A stretch of 61,718 bases of DNA, filler included, from Platydemus manokwari (Eukaryota), in the NCBI GenBank assembly GCA_037951405.1. It is 4 parts of 4 records of this genome, joined end to end, with 100 filler letters (N's around TTAATTAATTAA, not from the genome) between each part and the next. Parts side by side here need not be neighbours in the genome. Positions count along the whole stretch, not along the records: positions 1 to 20,063 come from JBBMOY011633625.1; positions 20,164 to 34,766 come from JBBMOY011431421.1; 2 more parts are not named here. One strand, given 5' to 3'. Below, in pieces: positions 14,565 to 28,200 of this stretch. The notes below the pieces were generated by a model that was given only the letters and a program-made list of their open reading frames with translations, was not told the origin of the DNA and searched no databases. Both the position numbers and the translations under genes were made by a program. How positions within the stretch are numbered: the first letter of the stretch is position 1; every line of letters starts with the position of its first letter.

Positions 14565-14992
14565 AGTGACTAGTGTACTCTTTTATTCAATGTTTTTATT
14601 TATTTCATGTGAATGTATCTTATAAGTCACGCTGCTATTTTTGATAACATTTTATGCAAAAAAGTAAATTTTTTGTTGTTATTGTTTGTAACTCGTGAAT
14701 TACTAATACTTTTATTACTGTTCGAAAGCACATTTGGTTTAATCCTATTTATAAATAATTGGTTATAAATCGTTTTACTAACAAATGTTACGTTCGAAAT
14801 TACTTCTGTACTGTGTACTTTCCAAATCGAATTCTCAAAGCAAATTTCCAATTACTTCGTACTTATAGCCTTTAAATATTGACTATAACGATTTCTATAT
14901 TTACGTCATTAACACATTCAGGCATAATATTTAGTTAAAAAACTGAACTAACTCGTCAATCAATTATATAAACAAAATTTAATCACGTTACT
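14565..14992 (-). mobile_element. solo LTR of the same Gypsy family as copies 1 and 2
   Basis: 14905-14992 matches the LTR remnants at 6905-6973 and (reverse complement) 22466-22570. Termini are AGTGAC / GTTACT, with minus-strand AATAAA at ~14582-14587. No TSD confirmed, so the left boundary is tentative. Confidence 0.6.
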
Positions 14993-15886
14993 ATTCTTAT
15001 TGATTAATTACCTTACTAATACCTATTTTCTAAACTTTCAGATTAGTGGTGGAATTTACTAATACTATATCACGCCATTAGTTATCGTTCTCATATAAAC
15101 CAAAATATAAGTATAGATTATTGAAAATTTATTATCGGTAAATATCAATATAATTAATTACCAAATCAAAAACGACCTAAATTAATATTGTTATTTTATT
15201 ATAATTATTGTCGCTTTAAATAACCATTTTATCGTTCAACTATTAAATAAAGACATTAATATTTAATAAATTTTTTTAATATGTTTAAATTCAATTTCAT
15301 CACAATTATGATGGATAATGATTTTCAGAACTTTTGTCTATTACATATATGTGTCTGGGTATTTGCGTAAAAATATACTAGAATTTCACAGAAATTAATT
15401 GCTTTTTCAAGTAATGAATTAGACGATTTGTCCCCTGATATTGAATACTTCATAATAAACTCTTGCTCCGATCATGACATGGTGAAATAAATAATATTAA
15501 TAGAATAATAATTATGATAATATTTTTATTTCTTCCTAGTCTATCTAAATGAATTTCTATCGCCATAAAATTTGATGTACTCATAATTCATCCATCCTAG
15601 TCTCCATTTGTTTGATCTCAATATTAGTTCATTTGATCGAATGACCAAATCTTCATTCTGTTTGAGAAACAATTCCAGTTAAATTGATGAGGTTACTCAT
15701 TAAATAATTCAATATTCAACCGTTTCATGTTTCAATGATTTCGAAAGTATTAACACAGCATTAACGAGAAGAGATATTGGATAGCAGTACCACGTACCGT
15801 GGGTTTTGTAGTTAAATATGGATTATTATGTGCAATGATATCTTAAATCAATATGTTCATGTAAAATCAAACATATCCGTATAAAG

Positions 15887-16300
15887 CAGCGGTTTTCGAC
15901 CTTTTTTCTATGGCGGCCTATTTTCCCATTTTTAAAATCTTGGCGACCTCAAAGAAAATCAATATTACCAAAAATAAGTCATAACCCACCATATTTAATA
16001 AAATATTTAATATATAGTATATGTTATATAGAATATTTAGTTATCATTTTTTTACAACAAGTAATTACCTATAATAATAAGATTATCAGATAATAACATT
16101 ACCTATAAAATACATAACTGTAGTAGTCAAGGTAATTGTGAACAGAAGTAGTTTAATCAGCACCACAAACTATTTATTTAACATCATAAAACACGATTTT
16201 TCACATGTAATGGTTTGTACACCTATCACAATTCGGCCAACCTTTTAAAAATGTTTGCCAACATCATTGGGGGTCGCGACCCCAGAATTGAGAACCACTG
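15887..16300. mobile_element. non-autonomous hAT (Charlie-type) element/MITE
   Basis: TIRs CAGCGGTTTTCGA ... TTGAGAACCACTG, subterminal GGGGTCGCGACCCC, and 8-bp TSD GTATAAAG/CTATAAAG. Confidence 0.85.
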
Positions 16301-19300
16301 CTATAAAGCTTTTCATATACTATTATTAATTATTGTGAAAAGGCCATTTTATTTTGATAATAATTCTCTCAAATTCAATTGGAAATAAACGTTATAGTGA
16401 GTCGGATTGGTCGATGTATTAGTTATATGCATTTAATATTGTCAAACACCATTATTAATTATGTTAATCATTAAGGCAATTAATAATAATTATGGTATTA
16501 TTATTTTACACTTATTTTATAAATATATCAGTTTAATTATAACTTTGTAATTTAAGCCTAATTTTTTAAAAATTCCACTCGAATGCGGAAATGTCTGTGA
16601 GAAATTGTAATTTACTCAAAATCATCCCATGGAATATGCTAATTGAAGAGAGAAGGCAGACTAGTTACATATTGACAATGAATTTCCAAGTTATTTTCCC
16701 TTATATTATTTATGAAGAGACCAGCCGCAGACACATTATTGAATCTACTACGAACATACGCCAATAGTCGTCCTTCGACAACTAATTAATAGACCATCAT
16801 TATCCTGCGTCATCTAATTATTCCTTTTACAATCCATTAATTAGAGCTCATTGAATTTATTTTTCTTATAGATGTTTTTCTATTTGTCTTCAATCTATAA
16901 TATTCTGATGATATTGTCGGCAGTCTTTATTGGATATCAAAAGGGGTTAGAAATTTTGTTTTGTATGGACAATATTGATAATAAAGAAAGAAATTAAGAT
17001 AAAATAACTCAAATCATTTGCTTTGTCAGACTTAGCAATTGAATTGTAGAAGATATCCGTATTTTAAATGATCCAAATAAATAAAATAAAATTCATAAAG
17101 ATCATTTGAGGTTACATAAAAAGGATATGGCACACATAATTTAAATAAAGAGGAACACGGCTTTGTTTTGTTTTTTCAGATTGCGATTTTATGATTATGA
17201 TAGAATTTTCTTACATCGATTAATATTGTTTTCTCTCCAGACAAATATCAATATACTAACATTTTAATGACAATGAAATAAAGAATCTTAGGATATTGGT
17301 ATAAAATGATATTGTATTTACATTGTCATACACATAATAAATGTTTTTCTTTAAACATATCAAACGGCAATTTAAATTTATTGCTAATCTTAAATAGCCA
17401 ACTAATATGAATTATTTATACCATCCATTAACTTTATCGTTGATTTATTTAAACAAGTAATTTATTTTTAAAATTATTTAAATACCAAGGAGTTTGTTAG
17501 AAATAATATCTTAGTGTTAATTATGTTTTTTATTTATAATTTACGAATAAATATGAAATTGTATTGGAGCAACAGAGTAAATATTTACTTTCAAATAAGA
17601 ATATCTGCGATGATGGATTTCACAGTTGAAAATAATAAATGATTAAGAAATAAACGAAAGGCAGGAAATTTTCCCAGAAACAATCAAATCAACAACATTT
17701 CCCTAGACTTTATTAACGGAATCAATATTTTTCTGCTTACCACCCGCCACTCATCACTCCTTTCAACTTCTTCAAATGTTTGACATCTTATTCGAACAAC
17801 AAACCAAGACTTTATTCAACAATTCAAATTCCACCTCATTCCTGCCCAGCCTCAGAATAACATTTTTAGCACTTGACAGCTAATGAAAATACAGATTTAA
17901 ACATTTATTTACGTATTCTATTAACTCTTGTTAGTTCACCAAGATTTCTTCATTCTTGATGTTCAAATCAAACGAGGTGTTTACAACGGAACAAAAATAT
18001 ATTAGTCAAAACATCAATTTTCAAATATATTTTAAATATTAAATTTAAAATTATTTCCATTTGATTTGTCTTCATTTTTAATCCAAACATAAAAATGCCC
18101 AAATTTATTAGTTTTTTAAAAGATTGCAATTTATTTAATGATTTTAAAAATGAGAGTTTAACAGTATTTATTTAAACAAAATCCTTTTATAAATATTAAA
18201 ATGGTATATTTATTTTTAATATATTTTTTTAAAAATATCTTTTAGTTTAATTTTTAATAATGTTAATCCAAAGTAAATTTTAATTCTTTATCGTATATTT
18301 AAATCAACCTCACAATGAGAATAATTACTGCTAAGGTGTTAATCTTACATTCTATCATAATCAAATTTATGAGTATTTCTAAGCGACAAATAATAATGAA
18401 ATAAAAATTCATTTCTGTCAAAACTGAGTTTGGAAGTATTTCACAGCTGTCACAGGTGTTTTTGTTTCAAATTCTTGAGTTCAGTAAAACAATTCACGAT
18501 TTTTGTGTGAATGTTTAATCAAATAGTAAAACCTGGTTCACTGTGGATTTCAGTCGTATATCGATCGAAACGGTCAATAACATTATCAATTCGATCACGG
18601 GAAAATATTTTATAGAGATTTCTAATATAAAAAATCTGTGGCGATAAATAACTAAGAGACGTTTTCAGTGATAACAAAAAATCAATAAAATAAAGTATAG
18701 ATCATTCGGATTTTAAAAATAAAAGTTTGATTTTGAAAACAAATGTCAATTTCGGCATGCTTAAGTAAAACAAATCGGATATCAAAGCAATACTTTGGGA
18801 CAAAAATATAATTCCCAAACAAGTCATCTTAGACAGTAAATAATTAAACATTCGGTAAAAATATCTTATATGTTTTGATGAGATCTTTAAATAGATTTTG
18901 TTTCGCTTTGAATTTTGCCTTCACTTGTATGTACTGGGCTAATATTCATTTGTATTTATCGAGAAAACATATTGACTGAACCAACAGGCAATGCTGGTTT
19001 GTGATGATGTGATAGGCGAGATTTGTAGAGCTTAACATATGTATAAACAATCTATTTCTAACTCTATAAACCTTTATTATGTTACCATTGGATAAAAAAG
19101 GAATTGGTTTATGAAAACAACGATAAAGTGGGACAAATCGTGATATTTTACCTGCGATTATAATAAGCCTATAATCAAACATTGCGAGTTCCCAAGTTCC
19201 GATTCGATACATTTATTACTCATGGAGATTCCTTCTAATGAATTCAGGGCACAGATTTTTCTCGGCAGCTTCAACTTATTCAATAATAAGGCTTCAATAA

Positions 19301-19967
19301 TTCTTGAAAAAAAATATTATTGAAAACCTGTAAGACTGAGAATCTGTAGATAAATAAACCTATGCATGCCTTTTAATTTTAAGGTATTATTAATATTATG
19401 GTTGCTGATTATAACGCAAAGGACAGATATTTGGCGAACTGAAAATTTTAATCTGGTTCTTATGGTGATATTAACCCCGTATAATGTCGACCAAAACCCA
19501 TTGTAACTATTTTAATATTCGTGATCGAAAAAAAGTAAAATTTTAATAGATTTTATATAAATAATATGACAATTAAAACAAAAAAAAATCGATGTTCAAA
19601 CTGAACAGCGAGTCAGGCAAGTCGCATGCTGGCTATATTCAAATGAAAAAAATGAATTTTTGGCTTTGGGCAAACAATTCTTTATCCAAATTAATTTCGT
19701 CAAAAATTCGAACAGGGAATTCTTTTGGGTTTCTCACTGATTGTGTAATGGTTTTCTAGATCCAATTATTTATTATTTTTATCAAATATCTCCAAACATT
19801 CCCCTGCCATTTTCATATTTGTTTTGTGTCTATTTTTGCTTTTCATAAATATCAGTTTTGTTTATAAATTTTTTAATCATTTTTTCTCACCTTTGTCTCC
19901 AATTTTATTTTTGTTTTTGTAGTTTTTCACTTTAATTAATAGTACTTTCTAATTTATTTAATATTCT

Positions 19968-19994
19968 TCATTATTATTAATAATAATATTATTA

Positions 19995-20063
<69 letters not shown>
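19968..20063. repeat. (ATT)n microsatellite running into an assembly gap
   Basis: Tandem ATT repeats. Confidence 0.95.
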
Positions 20064-20163
20064 NNNNNNNNNNNNNNNNNNNNNNNNNNNNNNNNNNNNN
20101 NNNNNNNTTAATTAATTAANNNNNNNNNNNNNNNNNNNNNNNNNNNNNNNNNNNNNNNNNNNN
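20064..20163. other. assembly gap with TTAATTAATTAA linker
   Basis: 44 N + TTAATTAATTAA + 44 N. Confidence 0.99.
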
Positions 20164-22570
20164 TAAAGTGTTGATCAACGGAGCTGAAGTAGAGATGTTG
20201 TGGGATTCGGGAGCATCTATCACAGTGATGAGCGAGAACTTTTGGAAGAAAGTGGGAAGCCCATAATTGCACGATAGTTTGATTACGCTTAGCTGAGTGT
20301 TTTCAACGGGTGCCGAATGCCCTCTGGGTTATTCAGATGTCATTGCCGACTGGAAAGGAAAGAAATGAAAAATTAGGGTTGTGATAGCAAAAAGAATTTG
20401 TCCCGATTTTATTGGAGATGTTGACAAGATGAATGCATTCGAGATTCAGCTGAAAGGGATGGCCATAATTGATTCATCACAAGTTAACGACAAAGACACA
20501 TACGAGGAAAGATCAAAACACGCAATGGAAACGATCAAAACTGTGAACACGGGTAGAATTGGAAGACTCATCAAAGAATACGGAAATATATTCATGGCTG
20601 GATCTAGGCAGAACCAACTTAGTTGTTCACGATATTATAATTACCGGAAATCCTATTTCACTTAGAAGTAAAAATTGAGGACGTGATAAAAAACTTGCTC
20701 GAAATAGGAGTACTTAGACCATGCAAGAGTGCTTGGAATTCACCACTGGTCATCGTAGAAAAAAAGGACGAATCTATCCGGATATGTGTGGATTATCGAA
20801 GACTCAGTGGGGTGACAGAAAAATTTAGTTTCCCCATGCCTGATATCCACCAACTTCTAGATTGTTTGGCGGATGCTAAATATTTCTCCTCAATAGATTT
20901 GGGGAGCCGAACTAAGTCCGAGATCCAAATATTGCACAGCTTTTAGCATAAGAACCGGCCAATACTTTTTCAATAGACTCCCGTTTGGACTATCTACAGC
21001 ACCAGCAAACTTTCAAAAACTAATGCACAACTTATTGATTGGATTGATATTTAAAGGCGTTGTGGTATATTTGGATGATGTGTTAATATATGGAAAAACT
21101 CAGCGAGAGCATGGCGATCTACTGGAAGCCATGTTTCGACGAATTCAAGAGTCGGGTCTGAAAGTGAATCCGGAGAAATGTACGGTTATCAAAGATGAAG
21201 TGAGATTTTTAGGCCACACAGTCAGTGCCAAGGGCATACATACTAATTACAACAAAATCGAACAGATACGAGATGCCACAGTACTACAGTTTACGAGCAA
21301 AGTGCGATCATTGTTAGGGCTGACAAACTATTACAGGCGATTCATCAAGGATTATGCATTAATACGCCGCAACTGCAGGTGGAGATAAGGAATTAAAATG
21401 GTCAGAATCGTGTCAAACAAGTTGTTTGAATAAACATTCATTTTCGAGAATAAAAGATAAACTGAAGGTGGTCGACAATACGCTGATGGTGGAGAAAGAG
21501 AAAGGTTTAGCTGCTACAATACCGAAAGATTTTGCCGCTCAATTTGTCAAGACAATTCACGAGGAGCTCTGCCTCTTAGGCTCAAAGAAAACCTTCGCAT
21601 ATTTGAACGACATTTTTTATTGGCCAGACATGTTCAACACCATCAAAGAGAAACTGAAAGAATGTATTATATGTACCAAGAGAAAGATTGATCAATCCAG
21701 AACTAATGAGTTTCTGCTCAGTCGGTAGGCTCTGAGTTTCAAGAGCAAATCATGGCGAACATTACCCAAATGGATACGAAGTACCTAGTAGTCATTATCA
21801 ACAGATTCAGCAAGCCTCACTGCTACTTCTAAGCAAGACGAAAAGACAATATCCCAGGTCATTTTGAATTCGTGGATTTATCGTTTTGGAAAGCCAAAGA
21901 TCATTCTATCTGATAACGGGAAACAATTTGGAGGCAAATTTAATGAGGCGTGTTCAAAATTGGGTATCAAACAAGAATTCAGCTCACCATACCAGCATCA
22001 ATCGAACGGTCTAGCGGAAAGAGTCATCAGGACGGTACGAGATATGATAACAGCTACTTTAAAGGGTAACATCCAAGAGAAAAATTGGGCTGAATTGTTG
22101 CCAAGGATAGGGTTCTGCATCAACGCAATACATCAATCAACTACAAAGTTCTCGCCTTTCGAGATAATCTACGGGCGGAAGATTAATGTCCGCACTCGAG
22201 ATGATATTACAGCAGCAGATAGAGGAAATTCTAAGGTGGTAGCCGAGATAGGGAAAAAAGAATACATCCAGCTCTTCAGGTGGAAGAGAAGGTGATAGTT
22301 CGCATAGATCCCCATAAGAGGAAGAAAAATGGATACCGGTACGAAGGCCCCTATCGAATTACCGGATTCAAGTCAGACAGACAAGTGGAGTTTCAATTCC
22401 CTCATGCGATAAAATACAGACGATTAGCGTGGCTGAAACGGTGGAGCGGGCCTTAAGATGAGGCGAGTAGCGTGATTAAATAAATAAACACTTGGTATTT
22501 GTTTAAATAATTGATTGGCACTTTAGTGTAGTTTCTCAAATAAATATTATGACGGAATGTGCTTATGACT
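20164..22570 (+). mobile_element. Ty3/Gypsy LTR retrotransposon copy 2 (decayed; protease, RT, integrase)
   Basis: Protease MLWDSGASITVMS (~20195-20233). RT motifs SAWNSPLVIVEKKD..RICVDYRRL, LPFGL and YLDD (20683-21388). Integrase SDNGKQF..SPYQHQSNGLAER (21864-22295). PPT-like AAGATGAGGCG is followed by an LTR start AGTAGCGTG at ~22466. RNase H is deleted at ~21425. Confidence 0.95.
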
Positions 22571-24163
22571 TAACTTATTTATTATTAGATTTCAATTCAC
22601 ATAATATCGGTAAATAATTTTTCTTATCCATATTACTTTATATAATCGAGAAAAGAGCTAGGTAATAATTAATTTTACAAATATGCTAACTTGACTGGGT
22701 AACTTGTGTTTGAATAAATTATTATTTTCGTTGGCCGAATACAGTTAATATTTGAAAAGACACCAGTTATATCGTTGGATAAATAGAAGATCATTCTTAC
22801 ATCATTGTGCTTCATTTGATAAAACAGGAATAGAAATGCGGTGATATGTAATTTATCATTTTAATTTATCTCATTAAATGATGTTTGGAATAAAAACAAT
22901 TAACTAAAATTTGTAAAAATATTCAAATTAAATTTTGATATTATATTACAATTAATTAATATAAAATAAATCATACTTGTGTTTATAAAATTCAAATTCT
23001 GATCTGGAAATTTGTTTAATAAGCCACATTTTATAAAGCTTAATAATGAGTGAAATCAATAATTCCAATAATTTAAACGATGTGTCTACCATCAATATTA
23101 GTAATGTTTATTTATTTAATCGAGACAGAACCATAATTGTTGATGCAAATTTTGATGGTGAGGTCATAATTTCTTCTAATTGATCGGATGTTATGTCAGA
23201 TAAGAGCTATTTATATACCGTTATTTAATACATTGTTCGCAGTATTTATTAGTTAATAGATTGCTCTGAACTAATTATTTTACTGACAAAATTTTCAGAA
23301 TTATTCTGTTTAAAATCTTGTTCTAAAAATTTGTTCTTGGATTTAACTCAAAATAATATTTTGAACATTCATTGGTCCCTTACTATTTTGTAATGATTCT
23401 CTAATTTTTGTTGAAATACCTTCTATCCTTCGAAGCTCTCCGCTCTTTGTTACAAACCATTTTTGCAACAATATTAATTTTTGCGGTTATTTGAATTTCC
23501 TGCATCTCTGTCTGACGTATGATCCAAATCTGTATGTTCATGTTCATGTGAAGAAATCTTATCAAGTGGTTTCCACCGCAGATAGATATTTAAAAATTCT
23601 TGTTTTACGGTTATTTTGGTTACGATTATACCATGCTCTTTTGTACACTTTGCCTTTATTCCCGGATTTAGTGGTTGTTTTATACATTCTGCTATAATGA
23701 AGCTTCATTGTATTTGTTTTGTACTAAATTTCTCAATTTTTTTAATCTCAATTTGAGCGTTTTGAATTTAGACAAATCCTTCTCATAACACAGGATAGAA
23801 ATTATTTTCATCGTCATCCAAAAAGTGTTTTTGCTTCATCATTTAACATTCCAGGTTTAGAAAGATTATATCATAAATTTATCTTCTTTACAATTTGGAC
23901 GAAAGTTTATTTCATTCAGAATAATTTCCTAAAAAATTTTCGGAGGATGCTGATGTCATCATTATCAAAATTAAATATGTTGATGATATCCATAATATTT
24001 GTGACCATCTTTTTTCAAGATAGAAAGTTGTGATTTAATGTAATATAATGACACAAGCTCAGATATAATAATAGGATTTGTTAAAATAGCATGTTATCAT
24101 GCTTTCCATAATATGACATATTGTTATTGTTATTATTATTATAATTATATATTATTATTTCAG

Positions 24164-25392
24164 ATACAACGGATATTGATGATGAGTTCAAAACTTACTG
24201 TTATCATGATAGTGAGGAACAAAGTCTATACATAATGAAATTCACCCAATTCGCCATGCCAATGCTAATAATAATTGCTTTTATCACGAGCCTTTTCACG
24301 ATTTGCGCTGTGAAAAGAATATCACGAAATATTCATCCAATCGCAACTTACGTAATCTATTTAGCATTGTTTGATATAGTCGAGCTCATCATTCAAGGTG
24401 GAGATGTTGTGATCGAGGCTTATTTCAGAATCAAAGTTCTAGCAGCGATACAAATCTTATCAAGATCGTCTTGTCAAATGTTACCATTTGCATACAATTT
24501 ATTCAAACATGCCAACGTCACTCTATACATGGCAATGGCTATTGATAATTGGAAGTTCATTAAACGTCCTAGACTGATGAATGATGCATTAAAATCGGAA
24601 TGGATTAGAAACGTACTCATAGTTATTGCAGCAGTTCTGATGACGGTTAATGCTCAATTCTTTTGGACTTTCGATGTTACTGAAAACGATAATATTAACC
24701 TTCATAACAGATTACTGAAAAGTACATTTCAGTGCAGTTTCTCAACCACTTGGCCTCTAAAACAAGTCTTCACTGAATGTATATGGCCAATTCTAGATCA
24801 TCTGATTGGGGAAATAATTCCTTGCCTTGTATGTCTGTGTTGTGGAGCTATGTATTTCCGTTCAAAGAGAGAAGAAGACAATACTTTGGTCAAATATATT
24901 ATTAATCTAGATCTAGTATATCAATTGAATTACGCTCTCAGTGTTATATCAATTCTGTTTGGATTGTTCTCTCTGCCACGAGTTGTTTATTTTTCATTTA
25001 AATACTGCTATTACTCTTATTTAAAATTCCATAAAAACAGTTTTCGAGATACACCAAAATCAAAGCTTGTTACAACGCTATTCTACAATCAATTTACCAT
25101 CAACAAGGAAGTTTATTTGCAATATGTGGAATTTTTCGTCAAATATACGAACTTCTTTTTCATGATAATTAAATTTTTAATTTTATTACGAATTGTTTAT
25201 CTGATCAGATCAAAATGTTTGCTTTTGCTAACATGCCGATTTAATGTGAAATCAAAACCTATCAGTAAAAGATGTGACAAATGCTCAAGTAGAGAATGCG
25301 ATTGTTCGATACCAACAATCAAGTATGTTCACAGTTCAATGAAAAATAAAAATCCATCAGAAAGTTTAACACTTTGCTCATATACCATGTAA
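24164..25392 (+). CDS. class A (rhodopsin-like) orphan GPCR, peptide-receptor-like
   Basis: 385-aa ORF (ATG 24235) with seven hydrophobic segments: TM2 YLALFD, ECL1 Cys (SSCQ), TM3 end MAIDNW, TM4 NAQFFW, ECL2 Cys, TM5 WPILD..IIP, TM6 LP. The frame is open upstream to a tttcag acceptor at 24163 (TTDIDDEFKTYCY...), so an upstream exon is probable. Confidence 0.85.
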
Positions 25393-27797
25393 ATAACGTG
25401 CGGAATGGCGAAATACCTGTATGGAAAATTGTTTGATTTACCAGAATTCCAATTCATTAAATCAATTCGAATCCAATTCGCCAGTGGAATGCCATGAAAA
25501 ATTATGTTTAGATATCCTAATTTTAGATTAGATTTAGAATCGCATTCTGTATAGTCTATTGGAAAATGCATTAAATGATATTTTTCTGTTAATCGATCAT
25601 TTGGTGAATTTTAGATAAAATTTTTGAGTCATTGTGTTAATCATTTTGCTAAAGAATCTTCAAAGAACATTTAATTTTTGAATTTTACAAAATCTTATAT
25701 ATTCATAATCACTGATAGTTTAAAATTGTGAAGCTAAACGACTTCCAAAGTCTGGTGCTGACATAGCTTGTCAATTTTCCTTCGTTTAAAACCATTTACA
25801 CCAATAATATATTTTCTAAGTTTATAGAATACCGAACTAAAAATGTCTAACAGTTTCTATAATTTAAAATAAAAAAACACGATTGAAAATATCTTTAAAT
25901 AATTTCAATATTTCAGTTAAATATAATTTTTGTTTTGATTTTCTTAGAAAGTTTTTCAATTCACATTTTGATTTTGAGGGTCTTTGATTTATTTTGATTT
26001 CAATTATTACAACAATTATCGACACATTTTGTAATGCCTGAATATTACCGGTACTCTAGAGTCCTAATGACCTACAGGTAACTATGCACCTAATATCATG
26101 ATGTTCTTTCGTCTCAATCTATTCGCGATAATAGGAGACAATTTATTTATTGCGTGATAATACTTAACAAGTTATTCATTATTATTATTATTATCTTATG
26201 GATATTTTTATCATAGAAAATAATTTTTTAAAAGGCTTTTAAGTTGTATTATTTTGATATATATTTTAAACTCATTTTGTGATATTGATTCAAATTTAAT
26301 TTATATTGTATTTTATTTATATCAATCGCAGAATTTCCAAAAATGTAAACCAAAATATTCAATATTATGTCATGCAAAATACTTTTATAGATCGATATAC
26401 AAATTTTATCAAATCATTGTCATTTTACAAATTGCTGTTTGTCCAAAACCAATACACATATAATGAAATAAAAGAAGTTAACAAATAATATTAGAATATA
26501 TATTCCATATTACATTTTAAAAGAAAACTGATCGAGAAGATATCACTATAGGATTTTATTGGAATATAAATTAACGAACACAGAAGCAATATTTTTTCAG
26601 TCTATATGAAATAATTTCGACATAAGATACGTGAGATTGTCACAGCAGACATATTGCTATTGTTTTTATACTGCTGAATTTTTTAAATTATTTTTTAAAA
26701 TTAAAAAAATGATAATTTAATATTATAAATAAATTTTGAAAATCAAAAAATGCAAAACTTTACCAATAAAACAACCAAAGCAAATTTGTCTGCACTATTT
26801 AAAAATGAATTTTGATAAAGTGTAACAGGAACACATGACGAAATAATCAATTCAATAATTATCTAATTACTTCACAAAGAAAAATTATGTTATAATCAGG
26901 ACCACAAATTTATTGACCTAAATTATAAAGATTGACTTATAGAAATGGAAAAATCTGTTTTATTGACTTAGAAAATATTAAAATTGAATAAATTTATATA
27001 AATCTTAAAAGGAGACTGTTTTCCAATATATATTTATGCATTATTAAACTGCTAAATTAAATGTTTTTTGGGAAAAAATTGACATTCTTGGACTAATTAA
27101 ACGCAACTTAAAATGTTAGTTAAAATTTGTCATTTTCATATTTGGCTTTTGGCATTTTAAAATCAATTTCATTTTCTTAACCGGGCGGTGAATATTTGTC
27201 AATTTAAAACTTTATGAAGCTAACTAACATTTCAGCCTTGACCAACCCGAGTTATTCCAAGCAACATTTGAAATAATATCTTATCATTATAATTTCAAAC
27301 GTATCTACTTTTATCTGTGAGTAGTTTGAGATTAAATATTCATATTCGAACTTAGGCATAATTTAAAAAAAATATGTATTAACCGTTATATTTAATGAAA
27401 TCGTATTTAATGTATGAATTATTTTATACATTTCAAATGGACACAAATATACATTTCTGTTCTAATTCCAATATAATCTATTAGGTTTTTATAAAGAGGT
27501 TATCGGATTTGACTGGACCTTTTTATTCAGTGTGAGATTTGTCCCGGTTTAAGCATGTTCTTCCTTGTCTTCCCTCTTCTTTATTGTTTATATTTACGTG
27601 CCGGATCGCAACAGGGAAATTATATATATTTGCTTCTTAAACTGAGGAAAATAAATACGAAGATCATTTGAAATGGAGAATATCCAGTGAGGTTGTGAAT
27701 AAACATGTGTAAGATATGTACAGTAATTCTGTGTCAGTAATTTGTAAAATCAGAACTGGAAGAGATAAAGAGAAAGGATAAGTCAAATAAATAGAAA

Positions 27798-28014
27798 AAA
27801 TTCAAGTAAACTCTATTTACAACTTCATGAGATAGTTGCCAGCTACCTACTCTTTTCTACTTAAGTTTCAATAAACCAGGCATTATCAACAAATGAAAAA
27901 ATTTACCAGTGAAATGATATATATGATAATGCCTGGTCCATCGAACTTTAAGCAGAAACGAGCAGGTAGCTAGTAACTATCTCATGAAGTTGTAAATAGA
28001 GTTTACTTGAATTT
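27798..28014. repeat. long inverted repeat (91-bp arms, 35-nt spacer)
   Basis: 27798-27888 pairs with 27924-28014. The outer 40 bp are perfect; the inner 51 bp carry 10 mismatches. Confidence 0.92.
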
Positions 28015-28200
28015 ATATATGGACAGAGTCTTTGACCGCTGAGATAGTTAACAGATTAGATACAGCCTATAAAGACTTTGATGTTAGTCCAATTTTGCAC
28101 AGCCAGTTCATAATTGGGGTCCCACATTCCCAAACATCAAAAATTGACGACATCAATAATCACACGATGACGTTTGGATAAACCCAGGAGTTCACCTACT
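28012..28200 (+). mobile_element. possible non-LTR (RTE-like) reverse transcriptase 3' fragment
   Basis: Frameshifted IYG..ESLTAEIVNRLDTAY resembles the LLYGxExW..RLD segment of RTE-type RTs. Short and degenerate. Confidence 0.3.

Noticed and set aside
20108-20119. TTAATTAATTAA repeated three times (also 34811-34822 and 52839-52850)
   Set aside because: Each copy is centred in a fixed-length N run. It is an artificial six-frame stop linker, so contiguity across these gaps is not guaranteed.
23050-23990. Coding-like minus-strand stretch with ICGGNH (gag knuckle?) and MVDT (protease?)
   Set aside because: Too degenerate to assign. It may be an ancient retroelement.
25329-25571. 80-aa antisense ORF overlapping the GPCR 3' end
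   Set aside because: No recognisable domain or splice support.
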